Shown here in pieces: positions 61,729 through 64,000 of a stretch of 64,000 nucleotides of DNA (the stretch's first letter is position 1; each line of letters begins with the position of its first letter). The stretch is from Amphiscolops sp. MND2022 (lineage: Eukaryota): positions 15,130,001-15,194,000 of the forward strand of contig OZ076409.1 in NCBI GenBank assembly GCA_964187785.1, in the 5' to 3' direction. The position numbers and the translations under genes were made by a program. The notes beneath the pieces were generated by a model. That model had not been told where the DNA came from, ran no database searches, and worked only from the letters and a program-made list of their open reading frames with translations.

Positions 61729-62962
61729 GCGCATTTTAGGTTAAATATCAAATCCGGACAAAATTCTGTCTATAGAATAATTTTTGGCAAAGAAAAAATT
61801 CAAACAGCAAGCTTTTGGCTGGCTGGCAATTCCCTTGGCGAGCATTTTTCGTTATGATAACAGGTCAGTCGTTCGTGTGCCAAAGTATTTTGCCTCTGGT
61901 TTTTAGGCACTCTGATTTTTTTGCCTTGAAGTTTTGATTTCGTATTGACTACTATCGACTTTTTCAAAAACCAAAGTAGATTTGGTGGAATCGAGTGAGT
62001 TCAAAATTTGCCAAAAATTTGATGTTAAACGGTCAAACGTTAAAAAGGTTGTGGACAACTTCAGTCTGTGCTACTTCGAAAAAACTTTAATGTAAACGAG
62101 GTGAAATGTTTTCCAAAATTTCCAACTTCTGCTCCGAGATAGTACAGTCTAAAAATTGACCGGATGATTTCCTTACCACAGTACTGTAGCGCTCTCAAGT
62201 ATTGCTGATTCAGATGAAGCATTCAATTGAACGAGACCCAATTCGCAAATTTTGATTTTTGTTTTTTCTATTTGAGCGAAAATTGTATAATTGAAAATGG
62301 TTGCATCGTAAATGTCTTTTTCACTTCCTTTTTTATTCGAGCGTTTCAAGTTTCCGATGCTTTCAGTAAAATTACCTGGTTTTACATTTTTTTCTGTTAA
62401 ATTGAAATTGAAATGAGGTTGTTTCTATCCCGAGTCGAAATTTAATACTATTGCAAATTAATTAAAAGAAAATCTCTGCCCGACAACGCTGCATGAGCCA
62501 TACTTTTTGAAGAAAATTGTTTAGGAAGATATCTTGAACCACAGAAATATTGTTGAGCCTTGAGGCGTCGATATTCGTGACTAGGATGGTTGCGAGTTGA
62601 AACGAAAACATTTCAGATTTGAATTTCCGTGAGAAATTATTTGGTCAAAGGGTAACCCCTTCACTTTCATGAATGTTTCTGGCTTGAAAGAAAAGCGTTT
62701 TGTGAGAATAAAGCTCCCTTTTCGGCACTGAAACTTTTCTCCATACGAGACTATGAAAATTTGTCTAGATGTTTCCCGCTGGGAATGAAGTTTTCGAGAC
62801 TTAAGTATCCCTTCGGGTATTTTGTGGGCCTGAGAATATGATAACGTTTTCACAATAGTGTCCCTTTGCGTATTTAAAAAACTTGTATCGTTGCTGGCTT
62901 GTTTTGATTTCTTCTGTTTTAGTCTAATACGAACAACAACCCCTTTAAGGTGATTTGAATAT

Positions 62963-63663
62963 CCCATGTTGAGCACTCCCTGCGAATCTCTACAGATCTG
63001 CACAGATCCTGACAGATATTTCAGGATTGTTCGAAAATTGAATAGTCATAAATTCAGTTTTCGGAAAAGAAATTAGTCGGTTGGAAAGTGCTCTACGAAA
63101 AAAAAACACGCCTCTTATTTGAAGTTTTAAAAAAGTTTCTGTGCGAATCTGTACAGATCTGTACAAATCCTTGCAGATATTCCAGGATTTGGTGAAAATT
63201 ACCCATACCAATAAATTACTATAACGTTGTTTGTAGTATGCTGTGGCGAGACAGGTCTGCTAAATTGTTAAATTGTGCTATAGCTAGATAGCTCAAAGCT
63301 TGGGTGGAAGTCGAACTTCAACTAGAACGTGTTTCAAAGATTAATTCAGACCAAATTGTGAACAAACATTAAAACGGCGGCAGAATAGTTCAGAACAAAT
63401 TATTTGAGACTTAGCAACTTTGAGATGCATGAACAAGTTTTTTTTTAGATTCAATTTAGTTCAAATGACATTCAACATACCGCACCCCTTGATCAGTATG
63501 ATTAAGAAAATTGTAAGTGAGGGCGCGTTAAAGTCAACAAGAGATTGGGAGTATTCGAAGTTGGACGAGGTGTCCTTACGTAGCAGTGGCACGATCTTTA
63601 CAGATACTCAAGGAAAATTGGCTCACAGATCTTTACAGATTCTGAAGGAAAGCTCAACATGGG
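62963..63663. mobile_element. Non-autonomous DNA transposon, probably CMC/EnSpm-like (CCC...GGG, 2-bp TSD AT)
   Basis: TIR cccatgttgagc / gctcaacatggg, flanked by AT on both sides, with subterminal acagatct repeats. Absent from the paralogous site at 61401/61574. Confidence 0.7.
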
Positions 63664-63710
63664 ATACGCGACTTTTTTTGAGTTCAAAGAAAAATTCGCA
63701 AAATCTCGAT

Positions 63711-64000
63711 CAGTGTTGGCTGAAAAAAAACACCCATGTTTTAAATCACTGTTTTAAACTGTTTTAAATCACTGTTTTAAACTAGATTGATTTTAACAAA
63801 TGTTTTAAATGTTTTTTTTTCTTTCAGGTAGTCATGCCTCAGCGACAAAATTCAGGTCGTAAACGTGATCAGGTATGGAACTATTTCGAAACCTTAGCGA
63901 ATGGCCGAGCCAAATGCAAGGATTGTGCGTTTGACATCGTTCCATTAGTGGAAAGGATGAAACAACATCGACTGATCCATGACGGAAATGAAGATCAAAA
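63711..64000 (+). mobile_element. 5' end of a hAT transposon with a BED-finger transposase start (ATG 63834)
   Basis: Begins cagtgttggc exactly where the duplication match stops; tgttttaaa subterminal repeats; acceptor ctttcag. MPQRQNSGRKRDQVWNYFE...RAKCKDC...RMKQHRLIH is a BED zinc finger and runs off the window. Confidence 0.8.

Larger units (their letters stand above)
61070..63710 (+). repeat. Local tandem duplication (offset 1561 bp)
   Basis: 61070..61401 matches 62631..62962 with about 5 substitutions, and 61574..61620 matches 63664..63710. Confidence 0.9.

Noticed and set aside
60966..63003. Paralogous 147-aa and 140-aa ORFs as a gene pair
   Set aside because: They are antisense readings of duplicated repeat sequence with no recognisable domain or splice structure.

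Overview
Repeat-rich, AT-rich animal (most likely invertebrate) genomic DNA; not prokaryotic, and no CRISPR, rRNA or intact tRNA gene was seen. Three host genes lie on the + strand. These are a 2-exon mitochondrial ribosomal protein L37 gene (12811..22815), a GGNBP2 homolog whose coding region is one uninterrupted ORF (23676..26036), and a 12-exon DPP8/DPP9 dipeptidyl peptidase (31259..58202, ~985 aa, exon phases checked by hand). The rest is mostly deeply nested transposons: BEL/Pao fragments, two CRE-like non-LTR elements, a CR1/L2-type LINE, hAT elements and MITEs, Mutator-like MITEs, a Helentron/DINE-like dispersed family with tRNA-like cores, and an intact GalEa-like Copia with very short, non-identical LTRs. 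The most striking observation is at 61070..63710. One copy of a tandem duplication carries a CCC...GGG DNA transposon. The other copy carries, at exactly the same base, two perfect palindromes (38 and 310 bp) centred on the element boundaries, which looks like a hairpin-mediated excision footprint with giant P-nucleotides. A likely non-canonical GG splice donor in DPP8/9 is also flagged. All family assignments come from motif recognition by eye; no database searches were run.
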